NCBI GenBank assembly: GCA_964016885.1
Contig: OZ024754.1
Location: 7,006,001 to 7,070,000 of the forward strand
Direction of reading: 5' to 3'
DNA from: Eledone cirrhosa
Lineage: Eukaryota
Length of the DNA: 64,000 bases
Under the pieces are notes generated by a model. It was not told the origin of the DNA and made no database searches. It saw nothing but the letters and a program-made list of their open reading frames with translations. The translations under genes and the position numbers were made by a program. Positions 1-12,749 of the stretch are shown in pieces. The first letter of the stretch is position 1; every line of letters starts with the position of its first letter.

Positions 1-430
1 TATAAAAATAAAATAAAATAAATGAACAAATAAATATTTAATAAATAAAGGAATAAAAACGTTTTTTAAAATCCTTGCTTACTCCCACCCAAATTCCCGC
101 ATAAACGTACATGTCCCTTCTCCGTTGCCTGGGCTCTGTCTTTTTAAATAAATATTTTTAAAACAGTAATGTCTCAAACACTTTGCTCTTCTCACGTTCC
201 ATTCAAATACACAGATGTATTTGAAAAATTAAAAAAAGCTGTCATTACCTTGAACAAACAGTAAAGATCAAGTCACTTATCTCCCCACTCTCCTCTTTTT
301 TACTTAAACATTTATAAGAAAAAGAGAAGGTAATACGTTTCTGATATAATGGCAATCTTGTGGGATAACGCTTTCCTTTCAGTTATGTAAATGAACGATA
401 TTAATAGTAGTACTATAACATCAATGCAAC

Positions 431-1022
431 AATGTTTTAAGGCAATTTTTCTTTGTTAAAACAGAGGTTAGTCTTATAAGTCCCATGAAAGACCAGCAGC
501 AATGTTTTAAGGCAATTTTTCTTTGTTAAAACAGAGGTTAGTCCTGTAAGTCCCATGAAAGACCAACAGCAATGTTTTAAGGCAATTTTTCTTTGTTAAA
601 ACAAAGGTTAGTCCTGTGAGTCCTATGAAAGACCAGCAGCAATAATTTAACCCTTTAACATTTACATTATTTTATATATACTATTGTATTTTCACAGTAA
701 AGGCTTTATCTTACACAATTATTCACATAAAATCGAATCTATGAGATTTTGATGTTATTTATTTTGAGAACAATACCTTAATGTAGGTGTGAGCAGCCAG
801 TTACAGCCGGTTTGAACAGAAAGAGGTGAGAGAGTTCTGGCAGGATACAGCCGGTTTGAATGCTAAAGGGTTAAGGCAATTTTATTTTGTTAAAACAGGG
901 GTTAGTCCTCTGAGATCCAGGAAAAGCCAGTAGCAGTGTTTTAAGGCAATTTTCCCTGCTGGAACAGGGAATAGTCTTTTAGGTCCCATGAAAGGCCAGC
1001 AACCGTGTTTTAAGTCAATTTT
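431..1022. repeat. 70-bp tandem repeat interrupted by a MITE
   Basis: AATGTTTTAAGGCAATTTTTCTTTGTTAAAACAGAGGTTAGTCC... at 431, 501 and 571, resuming at 871 and 941. Confidence 0.85.
651..870. mobile_element. piggyBac-type MITE (TTAA TSD)
   Basis: TTAA-CCCTTTAACATTTAC...AATGCTAAAGGG-TTAA, inserted at the TTAA of a 70-bp tandem repeat. Further copies at about 3548-3668, 26323-26738, 26416-26622, about 30120-30342 and about 36400-36765. Confidence 0.85.
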
Positions 1023-1692
1023 ACCAGGATATGTACTGGCCTGATAACCCACCAGGTTCAAGACAGACTTTAACTTTTTTAATAAAACTTTGAAACAAAC
1101 GAAAATGTAATATTGTTATAGGAATTATATTTTGATCTTTTTATGTTGTTCCAGTATACTCAGATAAAAATGAATACCAGCAATAGTTGGGGCTAGGGTT
1201 TAACTCTGGTGTCCTGTCCAGGGGACAATCTTGTACTCCCAGTCGCTTCATGCGATGGAAACTGGGTTAAGTACCAGCCTGATGAGCCTCCAGTGTCGAG
1301 ACAGTCAGTATTTGCAGGCAACAAAATGGTAGAGTTGTTAGAACATCAAATAGAATGCTTTGCCATATTCATTCTGCCTCTCGGAACTCTGAGTTCTAAA
1401 CCCAGCAAATTTAACTTTGCCTTTCATCCTTTCAAGGTTCATAAAAAACCAGCCCAATAGTGGGGTCCATTTTCTCTCTATATTTCTCTCTTACTTTCTC
1501 TCTATCACTCACTTTTTCTCTCTCTCTCCTTCTCTGGAAGAAATCAGCTCTGCTCAGACCTACAGAGAGATTAACTCTGCTGGGTTTCAAATACCCAAGA
1601 CATGCTCTATGTCAATACAAATCCACTAAAACTCCACCAGGAATCATACATACATACACTGTCAAGTGGTTGTATAAGTGTTACACCAGAAA

Positions 1693-2260
1693 GCACCCAG
1701 CCCACATTGTGAAGTGGTCGTGTAGGTGTCAAGACAAAAAGCACCCAGCCCACACTGTGAAGTGGTCGTGTAGGTGTCAAGACAAAAAGCACCCAGCCCA
1801 CACTGTAAAGTGGTCGTGTAGGTGTCAAGACAAAAAGCACCCAGCTCACACTGTGAAGTGGTCGTGAAGGTGTCAAGACAAAAAGCACCCAGCCCACACT
1901 GTGAAGTGGTCGTGTAGGTGTCAAGACAAAAAGCACCCAGCTCACACTGTGAAGTGGTCGTGTAGGTGTCAAGACAAAAAGCACCCAGCCCACACTGTGA
2001 AGTGGTCGTGTAGGTGTCAAGACAAAAATCACCCAGACCACATTGTGAAGTGGTCGTGTAGGTGTCAAGACAAAAAGCACCCAGCTCACACTGTGAAGTG
2101 GTCGTGTAGGTGTCAAGACAAAAAGCCCCCAGCCCACATTTTAAAATGGTCGTGTAGGTGTCAAGACAAAAAGCACTCAGCCCACACTGTGAAGTGGTTG
2201 TGTAGGTGTCAAGACAAAAAGCACCCAGCTCACACTGTGAAGTGGTCGTGTAGGTGTCAA
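1693..2260. repeat. 48-bp minisatellite (about 12 copies), SINE-related unit
   Basis: GCACCCAGCCCACACTGTGAAGTGGTCGTGTAGGTGTCAAGACAAAAA. Confidence 0.92.
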
Positions 2261-2607
2261 TACCAGCAATTTTGGCATGGAGGGAAGTTGATTAAAACAA
2301 CCCGAGTGCATTACTGGTACTTTATTTTATCAGCCCCGTAAGGATGAAAAACAAAACTAACCATGGTGGGATTTGGAAACAGAATGTAAAGGGCCGTAAC
2401 TCAGTGCCGCAAAACATTGTCCGGCGCTCTACTGATACTACTGCCAATCCATCGCCCTAGCAATAATAATAATAACAGGCAACAAATTGACTAAATCATT
2501 GGAATATCGGATAGAATGCTTTGCAGTATGCATTTGGTCTCACCGAGTTCAAATCTCACCGAGGTCAATAAACAAAAAGTACCACTCCAGTATTGGGGAT
2601 CAATTCT

Positions 2608-2638
<31 letters not shown>

Positions 2639-4318
2639 AGAAATTGACTGTTCAGACCTGGAAAGGGATAGGTTTCACTACGTTTAAAATGTGCTCCTAT
2701 GACTCCATCAAGAGTGACAGGGCCATGCATATATTAATAATGATAATAATGACTTCACCGCTCACAAGAGAGGGTGCAAACGTTCTTTTTGTTCCTCTCA
2801 CCATATTGAAGTTGTAGTTTCGGTGGTCTTATTTACGCCAGTCACCAATCTGGTACTTTGTCAACCTCGCAAAGACTAGACTTTTTTAGAGGTGGCCTTT
2901 ACAGGCCTCGTCAAAACTACGTCAGTGAGTTGTGAGAGTTTTCGTGGGAGCTACAGGTGTCACCTATTGCTCCATCTCCCCCAGTAGTTTACCGCTGTTG
3001 GTCCGTGGTTGCTTATTTGTCCGGCAGTTGCCTGCTTATATCGCAACTAGCCATCATATCTGGTAGCCATATTGCTATCTGCCACCTGTGACCCATCTTC
3101 TAGCTGAACAGCTCTGCTGTTCAGACCTTAGGTAGAGGGGCCTGTTCGAAAAATATATTGCAGTCTCCATTTCATGTCACAAAAACTGGCAATGGCCTGC
3201 AAGGCGGGGGATGGATGTTCAAAAAGATAGTGTGTCCCGAGACCTCACAGAGAGTCTGAAAGGGAGCAAACCTTGACAATTGGGTCCACATGTGAAATAC
3301 AAAATGAAACAAGAACCAGTGTGTTGTGTGTGTGTGTGTGGGGGGGGTTTACATGGAATATCATGTGATGTGGGCGGGGATGGGGGTTACATAGGGTATC
3401 AGGTGGACGAGGGTGGTGTTACATGGAGTATCAGGTATATGTGTGTGTGGGGTGTGTGTGAGAGATCAGTAATAACAATAAAGACTATAAAGGATATTGA
3501 TTTCTAATATAAACATAATTGGAGGTGTGTGGCCTAGTGGTGAGGGTGAGATTTTGATATTTATTTTGAGAACAATACCTTAACATATATACCGGTTACA
3601 GCTGGTTTGAACAGAAAGAGGTGAGAGAATTCTGGCTGGATATGGCTGGTTTAAATGCTAAGGGGTTAAAGTATCTGTACCTTACTAATGGTCAGGTGTT
3701 TGTGTAAATTCCAGCTCTCTGAGTTCTAAAGCCAACTTTAACTCTTAATGTCCTGTACCACATGAAGCTGCAGTAGCAATACATTTTTGAGAAGTACAAA
3801 ACATCACTGATTGCATCTTATTAAAGACTACACTTTTTACTTTAGTTTACTGCAAATTTACACAAAGATCTGACCATGAGCAAAGATACTATAAACATTT
3901 GGATTACCAGATTCTTACACTTTCTCCTTTCATATTTTCTTTAGGTGATTCCTGTTCAGAAATGTAACTCTATCTTGTGTTATTATTTTTTACACTTTTC
4001 CTACATCTCTTTCTGCGCTTCCTCTTACATCTCTCTCTCATTACCACCTGATTCTGTTACCTGGAGATTTACCCATCTGCATTGTTAAGGCTTCCAAAAC
4101 GACTATTTTTATTTTTATATCAATTTGTTTGTCTATCTCTCTCTCTCTTTCTATCCACCTGTCTCTCTATCTGTTCGTCTCTTTATCTATCTACCTATCT
4201 GTCTGTCTGTCTATTAATCTATCTGTCTATTAATCTATCTATCTATTCATCTTTCTTTCTCTATCTCTCTCTCTCCCTCCCTCTCTATCTATCTTTGTGT
4301 CTATTTACCCTTTTGCAG

Positions 4319-7300
4319 TTGATGAGAAAGAAAAACTCCTGAAGGCAGCTGATGAGGAGATACATAGGCTGAAGTTTGATTCAGAAGCATTTGTCGATAA
4401 GTAAGTAATGACACCCTTTGTTGGTCTGTAACCTTTCATTTAGTAAAGCATCAACTGAAGTCAATTCTGCTTTCTTTACCTGCTAATGTAGCTACTGACT
4501 TAGCTACCTACTTATCTATCAATATATTTTCCTCCTTTCAAAGGCACTTTGCCCGACTGTTCGGGAGGGGCGGGGAGCCGGTTGGAAACGTGGACTTCGG
4601 TCCATACCTCGACGGCCTGCCGCGCCTCTCGGACAGGGAGGCGAAGTCTTGCGAGGAGCCGATTTCGGCCGCTGAGATAGAGGACGTGCTGGGCCAATGC
4701 GGCAAACGCAAATCCCCGGGTCTCGATGGTCTTCCTTACGAATTATATCTAGCTATGCCGGACTTGTTCCCCGATCTCCTCGAGGCGGTCTACTGCAACT
4801 GGCAACAGAACGGGAGAATTCCCTGTACTGTGACCAAGGGCGTAGTCACGCTAGTGAGGAAGGACGAGAACAAGGGGGACGAAATAAGTAACTTCAGGCC
4901 CATAACTCTGCTAAATACAGAGTTACAGATTTTGGCCAAGGTGCTAGCAAAGAGGTTGGCGCTTGTCGTGGGCAACCTGGTGGGAGATGCGCAGACATGC
5001 GCTATCCCGTCCAGGTCCATCCATGACAACCTCCACCTCATGCGATACATCATAGAGAGGGTTGGGAACGAACCCGGCTTTGGTGGGGCTCTGATCAACT
5101 TGGATCAATCTAAGGCGTTCGATAGGGTCGACCATGGTTACCTGGATGCGGTGCTAGCGGCGGCAGGCTTCGGACCCGTTTTCAGGGGCTGGATCACTGC
5201 TATGCACAGCAGCCGCATCTGCTCTAGGGTCAAGGTGAACGGCTACCTCTCGGAGCCGTTCAAAATCGCGCGGTCCATCCGACAAGGGTGCCCTCTCTCC
5301 TCCCTTCTGTATGTGTTGACTCTCGAGCCACTACTGCGGAAGTTGGAGTTGTTGCAGGGCATCCCTTTGGAACCGGGATTGCGGAAAGCGGTGTCAGCCT
5401 ACGCCGATGATGTGACAGTAATGGTGTCGACGGCCTCCGAAATCGAGGCGGTCGGCACCTTACTGGAGGAGTACGAAAAGTTCACAGGGGCTAAGCTGAA
5501 CCGGGACAAGTCGATCGGTTTGCAACTCGGCACGTGGAGGAGCAGACCGATGCCCTCCGATGGCGTCGTCGGACGCTGGACGGAGGGCCCGGTGAAGTTG
5601 CTCGGGGTCTGGTTCGGACCGGACCTCCAGGTGGAGAAAAACTGGGCGGAGGTTACGAACAGGGTGTTTGCACTGACCCAGAAGTGGGCCAGTTGCAAAC
5701 TATCCCTGAAAGGTCGGGCGGAGGTGGCGAACACTTATATAGCGTCCGTCATCTACTACCGCCTGACCGTAGTGCCCTGCCCAAGGGAAACCCTCACCAA
5801 GATGGAGCGCGCGCTCTTCCAATTCCTTTGGAAGGGGCGGGCTCCTATGGTGAGGAGATCCATCTGCTGTCAACACCCTTCGAAAGGAGGGCTGGGGATG
5901 CCGTGGCTAATGATGCGTAAACACGCATTAAGGCTACGGCACCTCTACGTATTCCTCACCGGACAACCGGTGTGGGCCTCGTTTGTGAGACGAACCTTTC
6001 CCAGACTCGTCTCACTCACCGAGCTGCAATCCTGGGTCGAGAAAACTGGGCGCCTGGCACACTGAGTGTGCCCAGGCGCTCACCGCCCTCTGGCAGGCGG
6101 ATCCGGTTATCAGTGGAGACTCCACCGCAACATTCTATAGAGGGCTGGTACGCAGCAGGTGCGACGACGCCCTCGGAGAAGCCCTAGACATGGAGGAGGA
6201 CGAACTGGCCAGCCTGTTCGGTAGGACATTCAGCCCGGGACCTATGGACAACTTCCAGAAGTCCCTGGCCTGGCAGTGCTACCGAGGGGCTTTACCCGTT
6301 CGAGAAAGGCTCTACAGACACGGGCGCCCGGGTAGGGACCCCGCCAAAAAGATCTGTCCCAGATGCGTGTGCGACGAGGAAACCGTTGCACACGCATTGG
6401 TACACTGCTCGGGCGTAGCCGATCTGTGGGGCTATGTCGAACAACTGCTGTCAAGGGTGGGACCGATCCGGTTGACCACCGAGTCTATTGTAATGATCAA
6501 GCCGCCTCCCCCCTTCAAAGATGAAGCAGAGGCGGTGTTTCTGTGCGTAATAGCCATGGCGAAAGAGGTTGTATGGTGGACGCGTCTGAAAGGACTGAGG
6601 TCAGGCACCTTTCTCTCTGGCCAACAACTGGTCCGTTTCTTCCGATATCATTTCGGAAGAAGGATCAGGATGGAGAGAGAGGTGCTGCACCCCAGTCGTT
6701 TTTATGAAAGGTGGGTGAAAGTGGCGAGAATGGCCCGTGTGAATGGGCCTTCTCTTTACATAAGCCTGTAGGTGGAAAAGAGGAAGGAACGAGGGAGCAC
6801 CCCCTCTCTGTGCTCCTGAGGAAAAGGGTTGCACACTTTTTTCGGGGGTGTGTGCGACCCCCCAAGGCGCCTCCTCTTTATTGAGGATTTTGTTAAAAAT
6901 TTTATTTTTTGTTATATCTTATTTTATTTTTATATTTTGTTATTGCCTCCTCCTTACTGAGGACGCCTTTTTGTGTAAACTCCCCCCTTTGTACTTGTCC
7001 CACTTTTGATGCCCTAGTGGCAAATAAAAGAAACTTATCTATCAATATAGTAACCACCAACCTACCTACCTGCCTATCATCATACCTAGCTACCTATCAA
7101 GATATCTACCTATCTACCTACCAACATACCTACCTCTCTACCTACCTACCTACCTACCTACCTACCTACCTACCTACCTACCTACCTACTTACCTACATA
7201 CCTACATACCTACCTACCTACCTACCTACCAACCTACTTCTATAACTATTTTGTGCAAATATGTGTTATTGCTATTTATGCAGTTATTGCAGTATTTATT

Positions 7301-10226
7301 TGTTGTGCTCATAATTTTTGGCATTAATATATACTAGTTGGATGCCCTTCCTAACACCAGCACCACTTTACAGCATGGACTGGGTGCCTTTATTCATGCC
7401 ACAACCGCTAGAGAGGTTGTCTTACTGGACTCAGGGGCCCTTTCTACCCCTCCATTTTACAGCATGGACCGGGTGCTTTTATTCGTGCCACCAGCACTAG
7501 GGAGGTCGTCTTACTGGACTTAGGGGACTTCTCTACCCCGCACCAATTTATTCAGAGTGGTAGCTCTCCTAGACGGGTTGCCTACACTACGGCTTACAGA
7601 GCCTCCGTCCGCTTTTGTCTTCTTACTATTTCTTTACTAAGTGTGGCTGATGATGATGATGATGGTTTAAACAGAGAATACTACAATTCTTATCTTTCTT
7701 CTCTATCTCTCTTCTGGCAAACCTGTTTACTAATTGATAATGATGATGATGATGATGCTTATTTTAACAGAGAATATTAACCATTCTTATTTCTCTTCTG
7801 GCAGACTTGTAATGAAGAACCTTCTCATCAATTACCTGAGTACAACACAAACACAGAAAACCGATGTGTTGAGGCTTATTGGTGGCATTCTAGAATTTTC
7901 TGCTGAAGATTTCTCAAGGGTATTTAGATATGCATATATTCTTTTATTTAGTGTTGGGCTTACAATGGTGAGATTGTGAGGTTGATTCCCAGACTGGGTG
8001 GTGCATTGTGTCCTTGAGCAAGAAACTTTATTTCACTCTTTTATTTAGAGTGTTGGGCTTACAATGGTGAGATTGTGAGGTTGATTTCCAGACTGGGTGG
8101 TGCATTGTGTCCTTGAGCAAGAAACTTTATTTCACTCTTTTATTTAGAGTGTTGGGCTTACAATGGTGAGATTGTGAGGTTGATTTCCAGACTGGGTGGT
8201 GCATTGTGTCCTTGAGCAAGAAACTTTATTTCACTCTTTTATTTAGAGTGTTGGGCTTACAATGGTGAGATTGTGAGGTTGATTTCCAGACTGGGTGGTG
8301 CATTGTGTCCTTGAGCAAGAAACTTTATTTCACTCTTTTATTTAGAGTGTTGGGCCTACAATTGTGAGATTGTGAGTTTGATTTCCAGACTGGGTGGTGC
8401 ATTGTGTCCTTGAGCAAGAAACTTTATTTCACTCTTTTATTTAGAGTGTTGGGCCTACAATTGTGAGATTGTGAGTTTGATTTCCAGAATGGGTGGTGAA
8501 TTGTGTCCTTGAGCAAGAAACTTTATTTCACGTTGCTCCAATTCCCTCAGTTGGATGAGTGATGCCACAACTCATGTATTGTTAGCTAAAGAGAGAGAGA
8601 GTAACGCAGAGTTTATGACCGTTTTCAGGACCTGAGATGTGTTGTCTATTTGGTTGTATTGTTTATCTTTCTTTTGTTTGTGTCTTGTAGGCAGAAGGTT
8701 CAAGAAGAGGCTGGATGATGGGTTTCTTTCAGGCAACTTCCATTCCTCCATCTATATCACCCAATACCACTCCTTCCAGATTCAACAAGGTGATGTATTA
8801 TTGTTATTATTATTATTAGAGTGGTTAAGAGTGGTGGATTGGCAGTATCAGTAGAGTGTCGGACACCATGCTTGTCAGCATAGAGTTACGGCCCTTTACG
8901 CTCTGAGTTCAAATTCCGCCGAGGTTAATTTTGCCTTTCATCTTTGCGGAGTAGATAAAATAAAGTACCAGTAATGCACTGGGATAATTGCTGGCCTTGT
9001 GCCCAAAGTAGAAACAATTATTATTAGAGTGGTTAAGGGTGGTGGATTGGCAGTATCAGTAGAGCGTTGGACTCTATGCTTTGTGGCATAGAGTTATGGC
9101 CCTTTGCGTTCTGAGTTCAAATCCCGCCAAGGTTAGCTTTGCCTTTCATCCTTCCGGGGTTGATAAAATAAAGTACCAGTAATGCACTTGGGTTGATTTA
9201 ATCGACGTTCCCCTCCCTTTCAAATTGCTGGCCTTGTGTCTAAAGTAGAAACAATTATTATTAGGGTGGTATTTAGTTATGGCTCTTTACAGGGGCCTCA
9301 AATATTTTAATGTAAATATATTTATCTAAAACTGAGGCCTCAAACATTTTAATGTAAATATATTTATCTAAAACTGAGGCCTCAAATATTTTAATGTAAA
9401 TATATTTATCTAAAACTGAGGCCTCAAATATTTTAATGTGGATATTATCTCAAACATGCAGCCTGCAGGCCACAAGCTACTTTTCTATGGCCCGTGGCAG
9501 AACAATTTTTGTGACTAATATTTTCCAGAAACTTGGTAACCTGTCCCTGATGTATGTTTATGGGCTTTTAAAAAAAATTTGAATCAGAATATTTGTCCCG
9601 TTCCCGACACAAACCTTTTTAATTGCCTCTTATAACCAACAGGGATATGGTGTACATATCCTAAAAACTCAGTTACACAATAACATTAATAAATAGATGA
9701 AAAATAAATATAATAACATATCCCATCATAATTTTGTGTATGAACCTTTAAGTTATGCTCCAAACTCTTGATTATTTTCAAAATTATTTGAAAATCTTGG
9801 GCAGTAAAAATATGGCAACAAAAGAGTTAAATATTCTGATATTTATTTTCATTTATTTATTATTTCATCTTTCAGAGTTTCTCGGAACTGTTTGTGAACT
9901 TTCTAGAAAAAGAATCATCTCCTCGGCCTCCAGCTCTCCGAATGAAAACTGAGAAACTTGAGAAAGAAGTACGCAGCAAGGGCAAGATGAAAAAGGACTC
10001 AATCGATCGTAACTTCAACCCATTCACAGCACCGCGCCATGTGGCAATGCCCATACCCATTAACGACCACCTATCAACGCAAGGGCAGCACCTGCTAATG
10101 GCGCCGATGGCACCAAACTTCCCCATCCTCTCACCGCTTTCCTCCGGCTCTAGTACGAACCCGCCGCAGGTCGGCCTGATGTCCTCTTCCACCATCCTCA
10201 GTGACGTGCTCACCCAGAAATCATGA
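4319..10226 (+). CDS. TRIP11: TRIP11/GMAP-210-like golgin, C-terminal four coding exons (5' part outside the window)
   Basis: Phase-consistent AG/GT exons: 4319-4400 (DEKEKLLKAADEEIHRLKFDSEAFVDK), 7805-7919 (LVMKNLLINYLSTTQTQKTDVLRLIGGILEFSAEDFSR), 8691-8789 (AEGSRRGWMMGFFQATSIPPSISPNTTPSRFNK) and 9876-10226 (SFSELFVNFLEKES...DVLTQKS*). VDK-LVMKNLL...VLRLIGGILEF matches the GRAB domain, and GW..GF / SFSELFVxFLE matches the downstream GA1 motif of GMAP-210/Rud3 golgins. Recognised from memory of the family; no search was run. Confidence 0.88.
4527..7032 (+). mobile_element. 5'-truncated L1/Tx1-clade non-LTR retrotransposon in a TRIP11 intron
   Basis: 17-bp TSD ACTTATCTATCAATATA at 4510-4526 and 7033-7049. 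AATAAA at 7023-7028 followed by a short A-rich end. Much more GC-rich than its flanks. Encodes RT and a C-terminal zinc finger. Confidence 0.93.
4590..6771 (+). pseudogene. LINE ORF2 remnant: reverse transcriptase plus zf-RVT, with one frameshift near 6045
   Basis: Motifs KSPGLDG, NFRPITLLN, DQSKAFDRV, RQGCPLS, YADD, LLGVWF, GGLG and CPRC..DEETVAHALVHC. ORFs 4590-6065 and 6190-6771 are joined by one frame change (KLGAWHTECAQAL... continues into MEEDEL). The endonuclease domain is missing because of the 5' truncation. Confidence 0.9.
7946..8535. repeat. About 99-bp tandem repeat (about 6 copies) made from a SINE head/CORE fragment
   Basis: The unit contains GAGGTTGATTTCCAGACTGGGTGGTGCATTGTGTCCTTGAGCAAGAAACTTTATTTCAC. 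Confidence 0.88.
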
Positions 10227-10463
10227 CAAACGACCCCTTCCCTCCATTCTTGATTCTAAAAACAACCATTCTGTTGTTTGGTCAGTGATCAGTGGTCAGC
10301 TGATTGGTCAACAAGTGGTGGCGGTGGCGGGACAGATAGGTAGATTGACAGGGGAACTGATGGACAAAGGGATCGACATAAGGAAGGACACACTGGTGGA
10401 GATGTTGAGGACAGACACACAAATTTATGGCACACATCCCCTTCTTCACACTAAACACTGGGG

Positions 10464-10498
<35 letters not shown>

Positions 10499-11107
10499 AA
10501 TACATATACATACATACATATATATATATATATGTATACATATGTATACATATATATATATATACATATATACATATATATATACATACATATAACTGTG
10601 GGATCAATTACCCTGCATACTTTGTGGAGTTTCGAGGAGGAGGTATAGAGGTGTCGTTGGTTGTGTTTTTTCAAGGGGATATTTGGGGGGTGGGGGCGGG
10701 GTGGGTTTGTCTGCGTGTGTGTGTGTGCGGGGGGGGGGTTCTGCCCCCACTCCACCATCTGTCTCCTTCTCTTCCTACCCCCCCCCCTTTCCATCACACA
10801 CATACACACACAGAACACAAGGACATGCACTTTCTCGCTCTGTTCCTGGGGCTGAAAATACTCCACCTCGCACTTTCTTGTCCCCTGTTTGGTGTAGGGA
10901 TGACTGTTATTACTACTACTACTACTACTACTACTACAACTGCTGCTGCTATGGCTATGATTATTACTGCTAATACCACCAGCAGCACTGCTATTACCAC
11001 TACTACTTCTGTCTATTGCTACTACTACTACTACTACTACTATTACTACTACATCTGAGTACGAGAACCTTGTGCGGTTTGACAGTAATTGTACTGGCTG
11101 TTCTATA

Positions 11108-11151
<44 letters not shown>

Positions 11152-11474
11152 TGTGTGTGTTTGTGGTGTATATATATATATATATATTATGGAATACTGT
11201 TGGCTTTTTGCTACAATATTTTCTATACCTTTCATTTATATATATATATATGTATATATATATGTATATATATATGTATATATATATAGTTGTTATATAG
11301 TAAGGTGCATTATTGGTTGTGTAAAAAGGTCCAATAACTTTATGTTAGCAATATTAAGTTCTCCAAGCTTTTGTATATCTCCAATTCCATTCGAGGGAAC
11401 AGCTAGATGATGTAAAACGGGGTATAAGTATCAAAATGAAAATCCGAAGGCAAGGTAAAATTCCAATCATTTAA

Positions 11475-11548
11475 TCACGACACATGTTTCAATAAGAGAT
11501 AGATCGATTGTGAAGCCATGATCGATTATCACTGATCTCATCAGGTGA
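11475..11548 (-). ncRNA. Hammerhead-like motif with an extended stem II
   Basis: TCAC-CTGATGA-[imperfect long hairpin containing ATCGAT..ATCGAT]-GAAA-CATGTG-TC^-GTGA. Confidence 0.5.
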
Positions 11549-11626
11549 AAATGAATTGTCTTCAAATTCTTGATATGAGGGAGAAAAAATAACGATGTTC
11601 TCTCACAGAATTCATTCCCTCATGTG

Positions 11627-11657
<31 letters not shown>

Positions 11658-11712
11658 ATGTATATATATATATATATATATATACATACCGAGTCTTGCT
11701 CGCACAGAAGCG

Positions 11713-11743
<31 letters not shown>

Positions 11744-12556
11744 TAGTATCCAATATATATTAGTGTCCAATATAGAGAGAAATATGGAAAATCCCGACTG
11801 TGGCACCAAGCGGTTTCAGGTTGTGTGTTCATATATGTGTGTGTGTGTTTGTGTATATGTGTGTGTGTGTGTATATATATATGTGTGAGTGTAATGTATA
11901 TAGTTGTGACTAAAGTTAATCTAGAATATCTTCTAGCCAGTCTAATATAATCGGTCAACTCTGGGTTTCCATGACTACAAAGTAGTAGTTGGTTATTGTT
12001 GTTGTTGTTTTCTTATTTATTTATTATTGTTATTACTATTATATTACCGACGGCAGTGGATTTGGCCAAGTGTTGGGCAAATGCTTAGTCGTATTTGTTC
12101 TACCTCTATACATTCTGAGTTCAAATCTCGCCAAAGTCAAATCTTCCAGGGTAGATAAAATAAAGTACCAGTTATATACTGGGGTTTGATTTAATCAACA
12201 TTGTCCTTTCGTCAAATTTGCTGGCCTAGTGCTGAAATTTGAAATCAATGTTAGAAAGAATGATTTACTTTCTTGCTGCTGGTGGTGGTAAATATGATTC
12301 TAATTGCCTTGTGGTATTGAATTAAGTCCCTTTAAGTGTTCTGAGTTGAAATCTTGTGGGGTCAAACAACTTTGCCACTCGTCCTTCCAGGGTCAATAGA
12401 ATATATTTTCACTGTGCTGTTGGGACGATACAATGGTCAGTACAATTAATTCCTTTCCAATAAATTTCTACCCTTGTGCCTATCTCAGACAACATTAATA
12501 AATTCATGGTTACACTCGTATTTTGTTTGTTTTGTTTATTCAATTAAATTTTACTA

Positions 12557-12712
12557 CCGTATTTCCCGGTGTCGATGGCGATACTTTTTTCCTAAAATAT
12601 GTCTCAATAATCTACCATGCGTCCTGGAGGCCGATGGTTGTTTATTATTTTTTTTTTCACATTTTTGGCTGTGTCCTCAAGGACGAAGCATCTTCGACGT
12701 CAGGAAATACGG
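12557..12712. mobile_element. Tc2/pogo-like MITE
   Basis: TA-CCGTATTTCC...GGAAATACGG-TA termini. Related copies at 53571-53921 and about 52985-53110. Confidence 0.75.
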
Positions 12713-12749
12713 TAATTTATATTATATATGTAAATTGTATGTGTATATA

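Noticed and set aside
215-260. Possible extra TRIP11 exon (AG|AT-VFEKLKKAVITLNK-CA|GTAAAG)
   Set aside because: It has a weak pyrimidine tract and its phase is incompatible with joining to 4319. It could only be mutually exclusive or terminal, and there is no support without RNA data.
1693-2260. CRISPR-like appearance of regular arrays (also 35193-36113 and 47324-47852)
   Set aside because: Units are head-to-tail with no unique spacers, there are no cas genes, and the context is eukaryotic.
10201-11410. 285-aa and 317-aa ORFs after the TRIP11 stop
   Set aside because: They are microsatellite-derived low-complexity translations of the probable 3' UTR.
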